Assembly (NCBI GenBank): GCA_013335175.1
Contig: JAAXWC010000004.1
Location: 40,999 to 104,998, forward strand
Origin: Candidatus Roizmanbacteria bacterium
Lineage (GTDB): Bacteria; Patescibacteriota; Microgenomatia; UBA1406; GWC2-37-13
Direction: 5' to 3'
DNA length: 64,000 bases
This document shows positions 50,164-59,447 of the stretch, in pieces. Each line of letters opens with the position of its first letter. Positions within the stretch are counted from its first letter, which is position 1. A program made the position numbers and the translations under genes. The notes under the pieces were generated by a model, which worked only from the letters and a program-made list of their open reading frames with translations, searched no databases and had not been told where the DNA came from.

Positions 50164-51474
50164 ATGAAAACCTTTAACAGCAACAACACACTACTCGTCG
50201 TCTCCAGCTACCCCGATCCCAAAAAAGGAATTCGGGATCTCAATGCGGTGGCCTGGCATGCGCAAAAAACATTCCTCGAACTCTCGAAACATCAAAAAGT
50301 CATTATCTTTGCCGAACAGCTTCCCCACGTAGCAAAAAAAACAAAAATCAATAAAAATTTACTGATCTTACGCACCTGGAAACGCGGCAATCCATTTTCA
50401 TTACTAACGCTGTTTTTTCACCTCGTATCATTCCGCGAAGCCGAACACGTGCTCTTTCAGTTTGAGTTTAATATTTTTGGTGGCATTTTGCCCGTTCTCG
50501 TTACGCCGTTTTTGTTAGCACTGCTTCGCATTGCGGGAAAGACCACTCATTTTGAACTGCACCAGGTCCTGTTTGATGTAAAGGAAATTAGTGCACACAT
50601 TAACATTACCAATCCCCACCTGCAGCGTATATTCAACCTGGGTATTCGCTCGTTCTACCGTGCTGTTGGTTTTCTTTCTGATACCGTCATTGTATTGGAA
50701 GAAGAACTAAAATCACGACTCAGTCAGTTCATTTCAGCAGAAAAGATAGCAGTACTGCCTTTGAGTGTGGAACACAAACATAGCACCAACTCAATCGCAG
50801 CAAAAAAACGACTTGGTTACACAGAAAATGATTTTGTAGTTTTAAGTTTTGGCTTTATTAACTGGTACAAAGGAAGTGATTGGTTGGTAAAAACATTTCA
50901 AGGAGTACACGATAATTCCTGTAAACTACTTGTTGCCGGCGGAGAAAATCCTACCTTGAAAGACAAGCTGTACTATCAAACATTTATTAAAAAGGTACAC
51001 AAGGAGCAAAAAAATAATCCCAATATTACATTTACCGGATTTATTCCTGATGAAAAGGTCAGCCTCTACTTCGCCGCTGCCGACTTGGTCATTCTTCCCT
51101 ACCGTGTGTTTATGTCTGCATCCGGCCCCTTTTCACTGGCTCTTTCGTACAAAAAACCGGTTATTCTTTCTGAAAATTTACTGCGATACGCACAATCAGA
51201 AGATATTAAATACACCTTTTCTGAACTCGGTTTACGCACCTCAGATATCTTTTTTAAGTATTCAAAAAAATCCTGTATTGATCTTATGTTAAAAGCAAAA
51301 AAAGATAAAAAATTCTATGCAAAACTGCAACAGTTTTCGATACAACTCGGGAAAAAACGAAGTATCCAATCGGTAGTAAATAAACTCTCTTTGATAGTCC
51401 AACCGAAACAGTACGTTTCTTTGAAATCAACTGCATTACCAGTATATTTGCCTGCATACAAAAAGGTACAATAA
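50164..51474 (+). CDS. GT4 (GT-B) glycosyltransferase, paralog of 43515
   Basis: W.RG.PF, QFEFNIFG, FGFINWYKG, FTGFI, SASGPFSLA; start moved to MKTFNS. Confidence 0.88.
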   Translation: MKTFNSNNTLLVVSSYPDPKKGIRDLNAVAWHAQKTFLELSKHQKVIIFAEQLPHVAKKTKINKNLLILRTWKRGNPFSLLTLFFHLVSFREAEHVLFQFEFNIFGGILPVLVTPFLLALLRIAGKTTHFELHQVLFDVKEISAHINITNPHLQRIFNLGIRSFYRAVGFLSDTVIVLEEELKSRLSQFISAEKIAVLPLSVEHKHSTNSIAAKKRLGYTENDFVVLSFGFINWYKGSDWLVKTFQGVHDNSCKLLVAGGENPTLKDKLYYQTFIKKVHKEQKNNPNITFTGFIPDEKVSLYFAAADLVILPYRVFMSASGPFSLALSYKKPVILSENLLRYAQSEDIKYTFSELGLRTSDIFFKYSKKSCIDLMLKAKKDKKFYAKLQQFSIQLGKKRSIQSVVNKLSLIVQPKQYVSLKSTALPVYLPAYKKVQ

Positions 51475-51478
51475 TACT

Positions 51479-54400
51479 ATGCAGCGGATTTTGAATTTTC
51501 TTTCTTTTCACCGGTATCCCCTTTTTCTTTCCTTCATTGTTCTGATTCTTGGCATTGCGAATTATCATCCCGGAAGTTTTTTATCCGGGTGGGATAACAT
51601 ACAGACTGATCTGAATCCCTGGCTTGGGGTGAAGCGGGCGGTGTTTTCCGTGTGGGAGGAGTACCAAAGTTTTGGACTGGTTTCGGGTATGGCACATGCG
51701 GCCGATTTGGTCCGCGCGGTTTTTATCTGGATGCTTTCTTTTGTGCTTCCGCAGTCGTTTTTACGCTATTTTTTTCATGTTTTGATGTTAGGGGTGGGGA
51801 CGATGGGGATGTACTGGTTTTTGGTGTTTACCAGAGAACATTCGTGTCATTCTGGCAAGCGGAGCGCGTCCAGAATCGATAATCCTGGTCGATTCCCGAC
51901 AAGCGGGAATGACGAAAGGGGCGAGGATGACGACGCTACCCCTGATTCCGGACAAGCCGGAATGACTTTGCATTGTCATTCCCGCAAGCGAAGTATGAGC
52001 GCGTCGGGAATCGTTGTTAATCGTGCGGACACCTCGTCATTCCTCGGCGCGCTGTTCTACCTCCTCAACTTTGCCACGATCCAGATGTTTTACGTTCCCT
52101 TTGAAGCATTTTCCGTTTTTTCTGCCTTCCTCCCCTGGGAAATCTGGATTTTTATGAAACTCCTGGAACAGAAAAAATGGAGCCGAAAAGACGTGATTTT
52201 GTTTGTTGTGATTAACTTTCTCGCCACACCGCAGGCCTACGTCCAGACCCTGTTTATCGTCTACGGAGTGATGTTGGGGGTGGCAACAGTGACATTGACT
52301 TTCCATAGGAAACAAAAAGAACGGGTGACACGAGAATGGGGCATCCCCGTGCACGCGGAGCGGAAAGCGAGCATGTGCGGGGAGACTTCGAGTGGCAGGC
52401 CGCCGTTCTTTTTGAAGAAATGGATCCTGAATGGTACTCAATTGAATGGATCCCGGATCGGAGTCCGGGATGACAATTCAAGAAACAACGATTCCGGTCT
52501 TCGCCGGAATGACGGGCGGGAAAACCCCGCCCCTACATTTCAATTGTTAAAACGTTCCATCGCCCTATTTCTCCTCCTCTTTTCCATTAATGCCTTCTGG
52601 CTTTTACCCCAACTCTACTTTTTGAAAACCAACCAAAACGTCGTAACTGAGGCAAAATCCAACATGCTCGCTACCGAAGACGTCCTCTACCAAAATAAAG
52701 AAAAAGGAACCATTGATCAATTCATTCCCATGCGTGGTTTCTACTACGACTTATTTGATGCTGACCAAAAGCAGCTTTTTGAACCATGGAAACAACACTT
52801 TCAAAACCCTCTATTTGCCATACTCTCCTATCTGTTCGCGCTGATTTGGATCATCGGCATTTTTGCAAAAAGTAGATACCGTTGGACATTTCTCTCCCTC
52901 TTATTTGTGGTCGCCATTGCACTCTTAAATAACACTCCTCCCTTTTCCTGGATCAATGATTTCTTACGAAAAAATGAAATTGTGAATCAATTGTTTCGCT
53001 CGCCTTTTACCAAGTTTGCGATTCCCTATGCGTTTGTCGCCAGTTATTTTTTTGCAGTTGGAGTGGAAAGACTGCAAAACGGGTGTCTGAGCTTAGGGCT
53101 CCCGCGCACGCGGAGATCTGGCGCTATGCCAGTCGAGCATGGGTGGGAAAAAGCGAATGACAGGCCACCGTTTTGCATAAATTCAGAACAACGATTCCGG
53201 GCAAGCCGGAATGACGTACAGGCGGGCGGACACCTGGGTCCGCCCCTACGTAATTCCTCGGGCGGGAAGACCACGTCAAACGTGGCTGTTGCCCCGCCCC
53301 TACACAATCATGGATCCTCGATCAGGTCGAGGATGACGATGGTTTATTCGTCCATCGTTCAACATTCATCCTTAATCATTGTCATCGTGATAGTTCTCTC
53401 CGCTCTCCCCGCCTTTACCGGCAACTACTTCGCTCGCTCCATGCACGTATCAATTCCCAACGATTACCTCCAAGTGATGCAGTATCTGCAACATCAGGAT
53501 AAAAATAAACGCATTGCCCTCCTCCCAGACTACACCTTTTGGGGCTGGTTTTACACCCGCTGGGGCTACAACGGTTCGGGTTTTTTGTGGTACGGGATAG
53601 AACAACCAATTGTGTCTCGAACCTTCGATGTCTGGAGTGATAAAAGTGAAGGATATTTCTGGGAAATGAAAACGGCAATAGAATCCGAGCAAGTGCAAAA
53701 ATTCGATCAATTACTTGAAAAATATGATATTGATTATCTCATTTTAGATTACTCTCTTCTGCCTGTCAGTGCTTCGCTCAAAGGACTTCAGTACGAACGC
53801 ATTGAACGAATTTTAGCTCATTCAGAACACGTCTCGTTGGTACAAAAAGGAAAAAATGTACTTCTTTATCAAGTGATAAACAAAAAACCGGTGAAAAATT
53901 TTATCTCTCTGGCCACTGAACTTCCCAACATCGGCCCAACAATAAAACTGACAAACGACGACACCGCCTATACTTATTTTGGCGATTACAAAACTGATGC
54001 AACACAACCGTTTGATTACTACTTTCCGTATCTCGATCTTACAACACAAACACGTTTAAAACATAAATTATGGACTTTGAGTGAACAAGAGAACCAGTTT
54101 CGTATCTCTCAACCGTTACTGATCAATGCACAGGATTTTGAGCTGAAAGGGACTGTCACTTCAGCCGGGTATCAACTCTATCTCCAAAACGAAGTTCAAC
54201 AGTTCAAAAGCACCTTGTCCCACTCCATCGAAAACAACATGCTCGTCACCACGATAGCAAAAGAGCCTATTTATCAATTTGATGTAACCAATACATCGGT
54301 TCACAATTGCAGTCCTCTGGGAACTACGTCTCGCATAAATAGCAGTGATCTTACTGTTTCATCTACAAATCGTGCAATAGGTTGTTTTGGTTATGAAGCT

Positions 54401-55162
54401 CCCGCACTTGAGCAAAAAAATGGATATTTAGTAAAAATAGCATCGAAACTCAGAGAAGGACGCCCCTTATTTTTGTATATTTTAGACCAAACAAAACGGC
54501 AGGCGTTTCTTGAAGATCGTTTACTAAACTCTACAGAATACTTTATCTTAAGCCCTAAATACCAATATGGACTCGGATATAGTTTTAGTTTTAATAATAA
54601 TTCATATCACAATATTCCATCTACCAATACGCTCCAGGAATTATCGGTGTATCAATTCCCCTACGATCAATTGAAACAAACCTTTTTTGAGAGTAAGACA
54701 ACGCATCCAACGAACGCAAAATTTGCGTACACCATACCCGCAGAAAAATTGAACTATTACACCTATAAAGTAACCATCCCCGATCAAAAAATCAGTACCG
54801 TGATACTGAATCAATCTTTTCATCCTGGATGGACGGCCTTCGTCATTCCCGCTTGTCGGGAATCGACCCACGCCTTCCCTTTATCGATTCTGGACACGCT
54901 CGTTCCTCGCTGCCAGAATGACGTAAATCATGTCATCATCAACAACTGGGCAAACGGATGGACTATCCCTCAAGGGACAAAAGAGGTCGTCCTTATTTTC
55001 TGGCCTCAGTATTTGGAATACGTAGGATTTGGGGTACTCCTTCTCACCGTTATTATTGCAATTTTGCATTTCTCGCTTCATCAAGGTACAATGAGAGTAT
55101 GGTATTTATCTGGGACTACGATCGTAAAGAACTGGAAAAAACCGAAGAAGGACGCATTCTGA
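51479..55162 (+). CDS. Large polytopic membrane protein (GT-C/AftD-like) carrying four in-frame palindromic insertions
   Basis: GWDN, many TM helices, FRSPFTKF, NAFWLLP, NNWANGW; unbroken frame across the repeats. Confidence 0.8.
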   Translation: MQRILNFLSFHRYPLFLSFIVLILGIANYHPGSFLSGWDNIQTDLNPWLGVKRAVFSVWEEYQSFGLVSGMAHAADLVRAVFIWMLSFVLPQSFLRYFFHVLMLGVGTMGMYWFLVFTREHSCHSGKRSASRIDNPGRFPTSGNDERGEDDDATPDSGQAGMTLHCHSRKRSMSASGIVVNRADTSSFLGALFYLLNFATIQMFYVPFEAFSVFSAFLPWEIWIFMKLLEQKKWSRKDVILFVVINFLATPQAYVQTLFIVYGVMLGVATVTLTFHRKQKERVTREWGIPVHAERKASMCGETSSGRPPFFLKKWILNGTQLNGSRIGVRDDNSRNNDSGLRRNDGRENPAPTFQLLKRSIALFLLLFSINAFWLLPQLYFLKTNQNVVTEAKSNMLATEDVLYQNKEKGTIDQFIPMRGFYYDLFDADQKQLFEPWKQHFQNPLFAILSYLFALIWIIGIFAKSRYRWTFLSLLFVVAIALLNNTPPFSWINDFLRKNEIVNQLFRSPFTKFAIPYAFVASYFFAVGVERLQNGCLSLGLPRTRRSGAMPVEHGWEKANDRPPFCINSEQRFRASRNDVQAGGHLGPPLRNSSGGKTTSNVAVAPPLHNHGSSIRSRMTMVYSSIVQHSSLIIVIVIVLSALPAFTGNYFARSMHVSIPNDYLQVMQYLQHQDKNKRIALLPDYTFWGWFYTRWGYNGSGFLWYGIEQPIVSRTFDVWSDKSEGYFWEMKTAIESEQVQKFDQLLEKYDIDYLILDYSLLPVSASLKGLQYERIERILAHSEHVSLVQKGKNVLLYQVINKKPVKNFISLATELPNIGPTIKLTNDDTAYTYFGDYKTDATQPFDYYFPYLDLTTQTRLKHKLWTLSEQENQFRISQPLLINAQDFELKGTVTSAGYQLYLQNEVQQFKSTLSHSIENNMLVTTIAKEPIYQFDVTNTSVHNCSPLGTTSRINSSDLTVSSTNRAIGCFGYEAPALEQKNGYLVKIASKLREGRPLFLYILDQTKRQAFLEDRLLNSTEYFILSPKYQYGLGYSFSFNNNSYHNIPSTNTLQELSVYQFPYDQLKQTFFESKTTHPTNAKFAYTIPAEKLNYYTYKVTIPDQKISTVILNQSFHPGWTAFVIPACRESTHAFPLSILDTLVPRCQNDVNHVIINNWANGWTIPQGTKEVVLIFWPQYLEYVGFGVLLLTVIIAILHFSLHQGTMRVWYLSGTTIVKNWKKPKKDAF
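51845..52018. repeat. Intragenic palindromic insertion 1 (in frame)
   Basis: tgtcattctggc...gattcccgacaagcgggaatgac, gattccggacaagccggaatgac, gtcattcccgc...gggaatcgttgtt. Confidence 0.9.
52313..52536. repeat. Intragenic palindromic insertion 2 (in frame)
   Basis: Bulged hairpin 52313-52414, GTCAT-family units, GTAG REP. Confidence 0.9.
53073..53338. repeat. Intragenic palindromic insertion 3 (in frame)
   Basis: Hairpin shared with 42556-42679, gattccgg...ccggaatgac, two GTAG REPs, ggatcctcg...cgaggatgac. Confidence 0.9.
54841..54923. repeat. Intragenic palindromic insertion 4 (in frame)
   Basis: cgtcattcccgcttgtcgggaatc ... gattctgg...ccagaatgacg. Confidence 0.85.
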
Positions 55163-55305
55163 TCCTTGAACGGATGATAAACTATGGCCCGGGTGATGAA
55201 AAAATTCCCCTTGATCAGGTAAAAAAGTATTGGGATCGATTACACCTTCAAAAACCTCAACAACGATTATTAGAATTACTAATATGGAACCAATATCAAT
55301 CCTAA
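55099..55305 (+). CDS. Small partner protein of AbiEii-like NTase (putative antitoxin)
   Basis: IWDYD...ILERMINYG; TTGCAT-N17-TACAAT promoter at 55064-55092. Confidence 0.7.
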   Translation: MVFIWDYDRKELEKTEEGRILILERMINYGPGDEKIPLDQVKKYWDRLHLQKPQQRLLELLIWNQYQS

Positions 55306-55940
55306 CGGAGAAACACAAGATTATTCTGAACCTTGTCTCTCAGGAGCCCGAACTCGTGAAATCATTTTATTTTACTGGCGGGACCGCTCTTACTGAGTTT
55401 TATTTACATCACCGCTATTCTGAAGACCTCGATTTTTTCAGCAAAACTCCTCTCGAGAATCAATACTTGTCAGTAAAAATGCATGAATGGAGCGAACAGT
55501 ATCAATTCACCTTCCAATCACGATTTATAGAAGTGGTGTACATTTTCAACCTCACATTCGCTGATGGAGAACAACTCAAAGTTGACTTCGGTTATTACCC
55601 GTACAAACAACTGGAGAAAGGGACTACCTATAAGTCAATTCCTGTTGATAGTGAGCTCGACATTGCTATAAACAAACTCAATACCATATCGCAGCGAACT
55701 GAAATAAAAGATTTTGTGGATTTATATTTTCTGTTACAGAAATACTCTGTATATGATTTGATGGAAGGAGTTAAGGTAAAATTTCAGGTAAAAGTCGAGC
55801 CTTTTTTATTGGCAGCCGATATGCTAAAAGTTGAAGATTTTACCTACCTTCCTCGCATGGTTACTCCGCTTCCTCTTGATACGCTCAAAGATTATTACAG
55901 AAAACAGGCGCGTGCGTTCGGTCTCAGGACAATAATCTGA
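55284..55940 (+). CDS. AbiEii/AbiGii-family nucleotidyltransferase
   Basis: FYFTGGTAL..FYLHHRYSEDLDFF, K...I..R...KDFVDLY. Confidence 0.88.
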   Translation: MEPISILTEKHKIILNLVSQEPELVKSFYFTGGTALTEFYLHHRYSEDLDFFSKTPLENQYLSVKMHEWSEQYQFTFQSRFIEVVYIFNLTFADGEQLKVDFGYYPYKQLEKGTTYKSIPVDSELDIAINKLNTISQRTEIKDFVDLYFLLQKYSVYDLMEGVKVKFQVKVEPFLLAADMLKVEDFTYLPRMVTPLPLDTLKDYYRKQARAFGLRTII

Positions 55941-55962
55941 AAAATGCTCTATAATGGTGTAT

Positions 55963-58131
55963 ATGAAGCAGAGCTTAAGCTTTTTACAGATAAAAAATCC
56001 AAAAGATGATGAAACTCCTATCGAAGCCGCTACTCAGATTTTCTCATCGGTGCTTCCCTATCCTTACGTCCCTTTGTGGAAAAGACCTTTTGTAAAGCCT
56101 CAAACTTATTCTTTTGAACTCTATCTCCTTAATCAGACCATTTTTTTCTACGTTACTACTCCTTCAAAAAATGAAACCTTTATACGAAGCCTCATTACCT
56201 CTGCCTTTCCAAAGTCGGCTATTCAGAAAACTACCGATCCTATGGATATTATTTTTCAATCAAAACGACTCGCTATAGGTGAGGTTTCCCTTAATTCGTA
56301 TTTCTATTTTCCGATAAAAACCTATTACGACTTTCGCGACATTGACCCACTTTCCCCCATTATCGGTTTTTTGGCAAAACAGGATCCTGCCATTCGCATG
56401 GCTGTTCAAATCTTGGTGACGCCCGCAACTTTTGCCTGGCAAGATAAAGCCGTAGAAGCGGTAAAGGTACAATCTCTCGATACTACTTCTGGCCGATACG
56501 GACAAAACCCACATCGACAGATTCTGATGAAAAAAGCTTCGTTTCAAGGCGGGAAAGCCCTTATTCGTTTGATCGCCGGTTCAAACAACGAGCACCTTCC
56601 CTCGCTCCCCTATTTGCAAAACTTGGCTGGGACATTCGGGACTTTTTCTTTAGGTGAAGGGAACCAACTGGTTTTTAAACGACGATTCTTTTTCCCCGAA
56701 CGTCTCAAACAACGAATTAAAACCCGATCCACCCATTATTTTGAGAGAAAGTATCAGATTCTTAATTCTCAGGAACTCGCATCGCTGTGGCATCCTCCCG
56801 GATTTTTGCTTTCGGGAATTAAAAATATCGCTTGGGGGAAAACACTCTCTGGAGAACCACCCGAAAATTTGCCCATTGCCGATAACCTGACAGATCTTCA
56901 AAAACAGGATATAAATTTTTTTGCTGAGACAGAGTATAAAAATAAAAAAACAAAATTTGGAATTAAAACACCTGATCGACGAAAACACATGTACATTATC
57001 GGAAAAACGGGTGCTGGGAAATCTACCCTTATCGCCAATATGGCCATTGATGATATCCGAAAAGACCGTGGTATCGGCATTATTGATCCTCACGGGGACC
57101 TGTGCGAAACCATTCTGAATTACATCCCCAAACGTCGCATGAACGATGTGGTGTATCTTGAACCTTTTGATACCGAACACCCTTTCTCGCTCAATGTGCT
57201 CGAAATAAAAAACAAACAACATAAAGATCTGATCGCTTCTGGTATTGTCTCTATCTTCAACAAACTTTACAAAGATAGCTGGGGGCCCCGTCTAGAGTAC
57301 ATTCTACGTAACGTTATCTTGACCCTTTTGGAAATACCGGATTCTACCTTAGTAGATGTACTATCTCTTCTCTCCAACGCAGATTATCGAAAAAAAATGG
57401 TTGCATATGTTGAAGATCCGGTGCTGAGAAATTTCTGGTTGAAAGAATTTGACCGCATGCCCGACCGACTCCGCGCTGAAGCGATTTCACCGATTCAAAA
57501 TAAAGTTGGACAGTTCGTATCTTCAAAAATGATACGGAATATTATTGGAAAACCTCGATCGTCTATTAACTTAGAACAGATTATGAATGAAGGAAAAATT
57601 CTCATTCTGAATTTATCGCAAGGAAAGTTAGGAGAAGACAATGCCGCCTTACTGGGGGCAATGATGATTACGCAGATTCAACTTGCAGCTATGAACCGTT
57701 CGTTTATACACGAAAATGATCGCCGCGATTTTTTCCTGTATGTCGATGAATTTCAGAATTTTGCTACCTCTTCGTTCGTTAAAATCTTGTCGGAAGCACG
57801 AAAATATCGACTTTCCCTCACCCTTGCCAATCAGTATATTGAGCAACTAGACTTAGAAGTTCAGCGCGCCATATTTGGGAACGTTGGCACTTTGATGGCT
57901 TTTGTGGTTGGAGCACGGGATGCCTATCCTTTGAGCAAGGAATTTGGAGAACTGTACTCAGAGAACGACCTTGTTTCTTTAGGAAAACACGAAGTAGTGA
58001 CCAAGCTTTCTATTGAGAATATGACGTCCGCACCTTTCCCTGCGAATACACTTCCTCTTCCCAATATAGTAAATGATAACCGAGAAAAGATTATCCGACT
58101 CTCCAAAGAAAAATACGGAAGAAAGGTTTGA
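55963..58131 (+). CDS. VirD4/TraG-like coupling ATPase, stand-alone
   Basis: DRRKH.YIIGKTGAGKS, IDPHGD, WGPRLE, LYVDEFQNF, LSEARKY; alternative start 55954. Confidence 0.88.
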   Translation: MKQSLSFLQIKNPKDDETPIEAATQIFSSVLPYPYVPLWKRPFVKPQTYSFELYLLNQTIFFYVTTPSKNETFIRSLITSAFPKSAIQKTTDPMDIIFQSKRLAIGEVSLNSYFYFPIKTYYDFRDIDPLSPIIGFLAKQDPAIRMAVQILVTPATFAWQDKAVEAVKVQSLDTTSGRYGQNPHRQILMKKASFQGGKALIRLIAGSNNEHLPSLPYLQNLAGTFGTFSLGEGNQLVFKRRFFFPERLKQRIKTRSTHYFERKYQILNSQELASLWHPPGFLLSGIKNIAWGKTLSGEPPENLPIADNLTDLQKQDINFFAETEYKNKKTKFGIKTPDRRKHMYIIGKTGAGKSTLIANMAIDDIRKDRGIGIIDPHGDLCETILNYIPKRRMNDVVYLEPFDTEHPFSLNVLEIKNKQHKDLIASGIVSIFNKLYKDSWGPRLEYILRNVILTLLEIPDSTLVDVLSLLSNADYRKKMVAYVEDPVLRNFWLKEFDRMPDRLRAEAISPIQNKVGQFVSSKMIRNIIGKPRSSINLEQIMNEGKILILNLSQGKLGEDNAALLGAMMITQIQLAAMNRSFIHENDRRDFFLYVDEFQNFATSSFVKILSEARKYRLSLTLANQYIEQLDLEVQRAIFGNVGTLMAFVVGARDAYPLSKEFGELYSENDLVSLGKHEVVTKLSIENMTSAPFPANTLPLPNIVNDNREKIIRLSKEKYGRKV

Positions 58132-58156
58132 TGTTTATCACTGAGTGTTCCCACCC

Positions 58157-58283
58157 GTCACTCCCGCGAAGGCGGGGATCCATGATATGCGGATATTACC
58201 CATTGGATCCTCGTGGCCACGAGGATGACGTGCAGGATCCTGCACCTTGCCTACCGTCAAGTAGGTTGCTGTCCGGGATGACA
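58157..58283. repeat. Palindromic element cluster
   Basis: gtcactcccgcgaaggcggggatcc ... ggatcctcgtggccacgaggatgac. Confidence 0.8.
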
Positions 58284-58403
58284 TATACCTGAAGCGTGAT
58301 GGCCTTGTTCGGAGTGACTTGGGAGATGCGCAGGAACGAGCACGCCCATTTGTCACGAAGAATCAAGAAGACACGCGATAGGATATGATTTTGACAATGA
58401 TGG

Positions 58404-58655
58404 TTACTTCATAAACGGCAAAAATCGACGAAGCCTCCCCATAACTATACTCCCTACAATTGGTATGACAATACTTAGCCACCACATTGTTTTTTTCCGT
58501 TCCGCTAACGATTGTACTGCTGTACCCACCTTCACTCGCGTATCCACAATTTGGTTTTTGAGCCAAACGAGGAAAAATAAGACCGACAGTACGAGTACGA
58601 TCCACAGCGACATATAGATAATCCCCACGAGATAAAAGAGTGTTTGTATATCCAT
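58404..58655 (-). CDS. Small membrane protein, paralog of 59198
   Basis: MDIQTLFYLVGIIYM N-terminus. Confidence 0.75.
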   Translation of the reverse strand: MDIQTLFYLVGIIYMSLWIVLVLSVLFFLVWLKNQIVDTRVKVGTAVQSLAERKKTMWWLSIVIPIVGSIVMGRLRRFLPFMK

Positions 58656-58663
58656 ACGCTCTT

Positions 58664-59107
58664 TTATAAACCAGTAACGCGTTCCGCCTCATTTTTCATA
58701 TCGCGGACGCCTCGCATAATATCTCGCTCCTTACTCAAAATCTCCTTGCGCATCTGATCGAGCTTATGTTTATTTGATTCCTCGTTTTTTTTCTGCCACT
58801 CCGAAATCGAATCGTCCAAAGTATGTCGAAAAGCACGATCATCTACCTGCTCATTTCGAGACCGCATGTCCTGTAAACGACCCTTCACGTCTGAAATAAG
58901 CTGAAAAGACGGCATTCCATTTCCCAGTTCTCCCTTCATTTTATGCATACGCTTTTGCATCTGCTCCATCGCCTCTTTCATTGTTTTTCTATTCCCTTCC
59001 CCGGTTTTTGGAGAGGTCAAAAGAGCAACTACGCCCCCAACAAGAGCACCGATAAGAATACCCGCGCTAAAAGAAGGAGCTTGATTATGATTGTTGTAGT
59101 CTCCCAT
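58664..59107 (-). CDS. YtxH domain protein
   Basis: F.AG.LIGALVGG..ALL.SPKTG..NRK. Confidence 0.85.
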   Translation of the reverse strand: MGDYNNHNQAPSFSAGILIGALVGGVVALLTSPKTGEGNRKTMKEAMEQMQKRMHKMKGELGNGMPSFQLISDVKGRLQDMRSRNEQVDDRAFRHTLDDSISEWQKKNEESNKHKLDQMRKEILSKERDIMRGVRDMKNEAERVTGL

Positions 59108-59197
59108 AATAAAACAGTAACTAATAATAGGTAGTTTATTTATACCCAGCATTCTGTAAAGAAGCACGAAAAAGGAGTAAGAGAGAGGTAAGGAATG

Positions 59198-59440
59198 TTA
59201 TCTATTTTTTCGGAATATTTTTTTCACCAACGGAATGAGAATGTTTTTCACTAACAAACCCGTGGTAAAAACTGAGCTTGAATTTGCAGCCAGGGAGATT
59301 ACTTTTGCAGTTACCGATTCCTTTGCATGACGAATTCCTTGAACTAAGGCTACTATAAAAACGACACAAAACACCATAACGAGAATGGATAAAAGCATGA
59401 ACACAATCCCGACGATGTAAAAAAGTGTTTGTAGATCCAT
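59198..59440 (-). CDS. Small membrane protein, paralog of 58404
   Basis: MDLQTLFYIVGIVFM N-terminus. Confidence 0.75.
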   Translation of the reverse strand: MDLQTLFYIVGIVFMLLSILVMVFCVVFIVALVQGIRHAKESVTAKVISLAANSSSVFTTGLLVKNILIPLVKKIFRKNR

Positions 59441-59447
59441 AATAATG

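Noticed and set aside
51845..53338. Inteins or group I/II introns as the insertions
   Set aside because: No intein C/S...HN termini or intron core motifs seen; the inserts match intergenic palindromes
55963..58131. Conjugative element or prophage
   Set aside because: No relaxase, integrase, VirB4 or phage structural genes in the window
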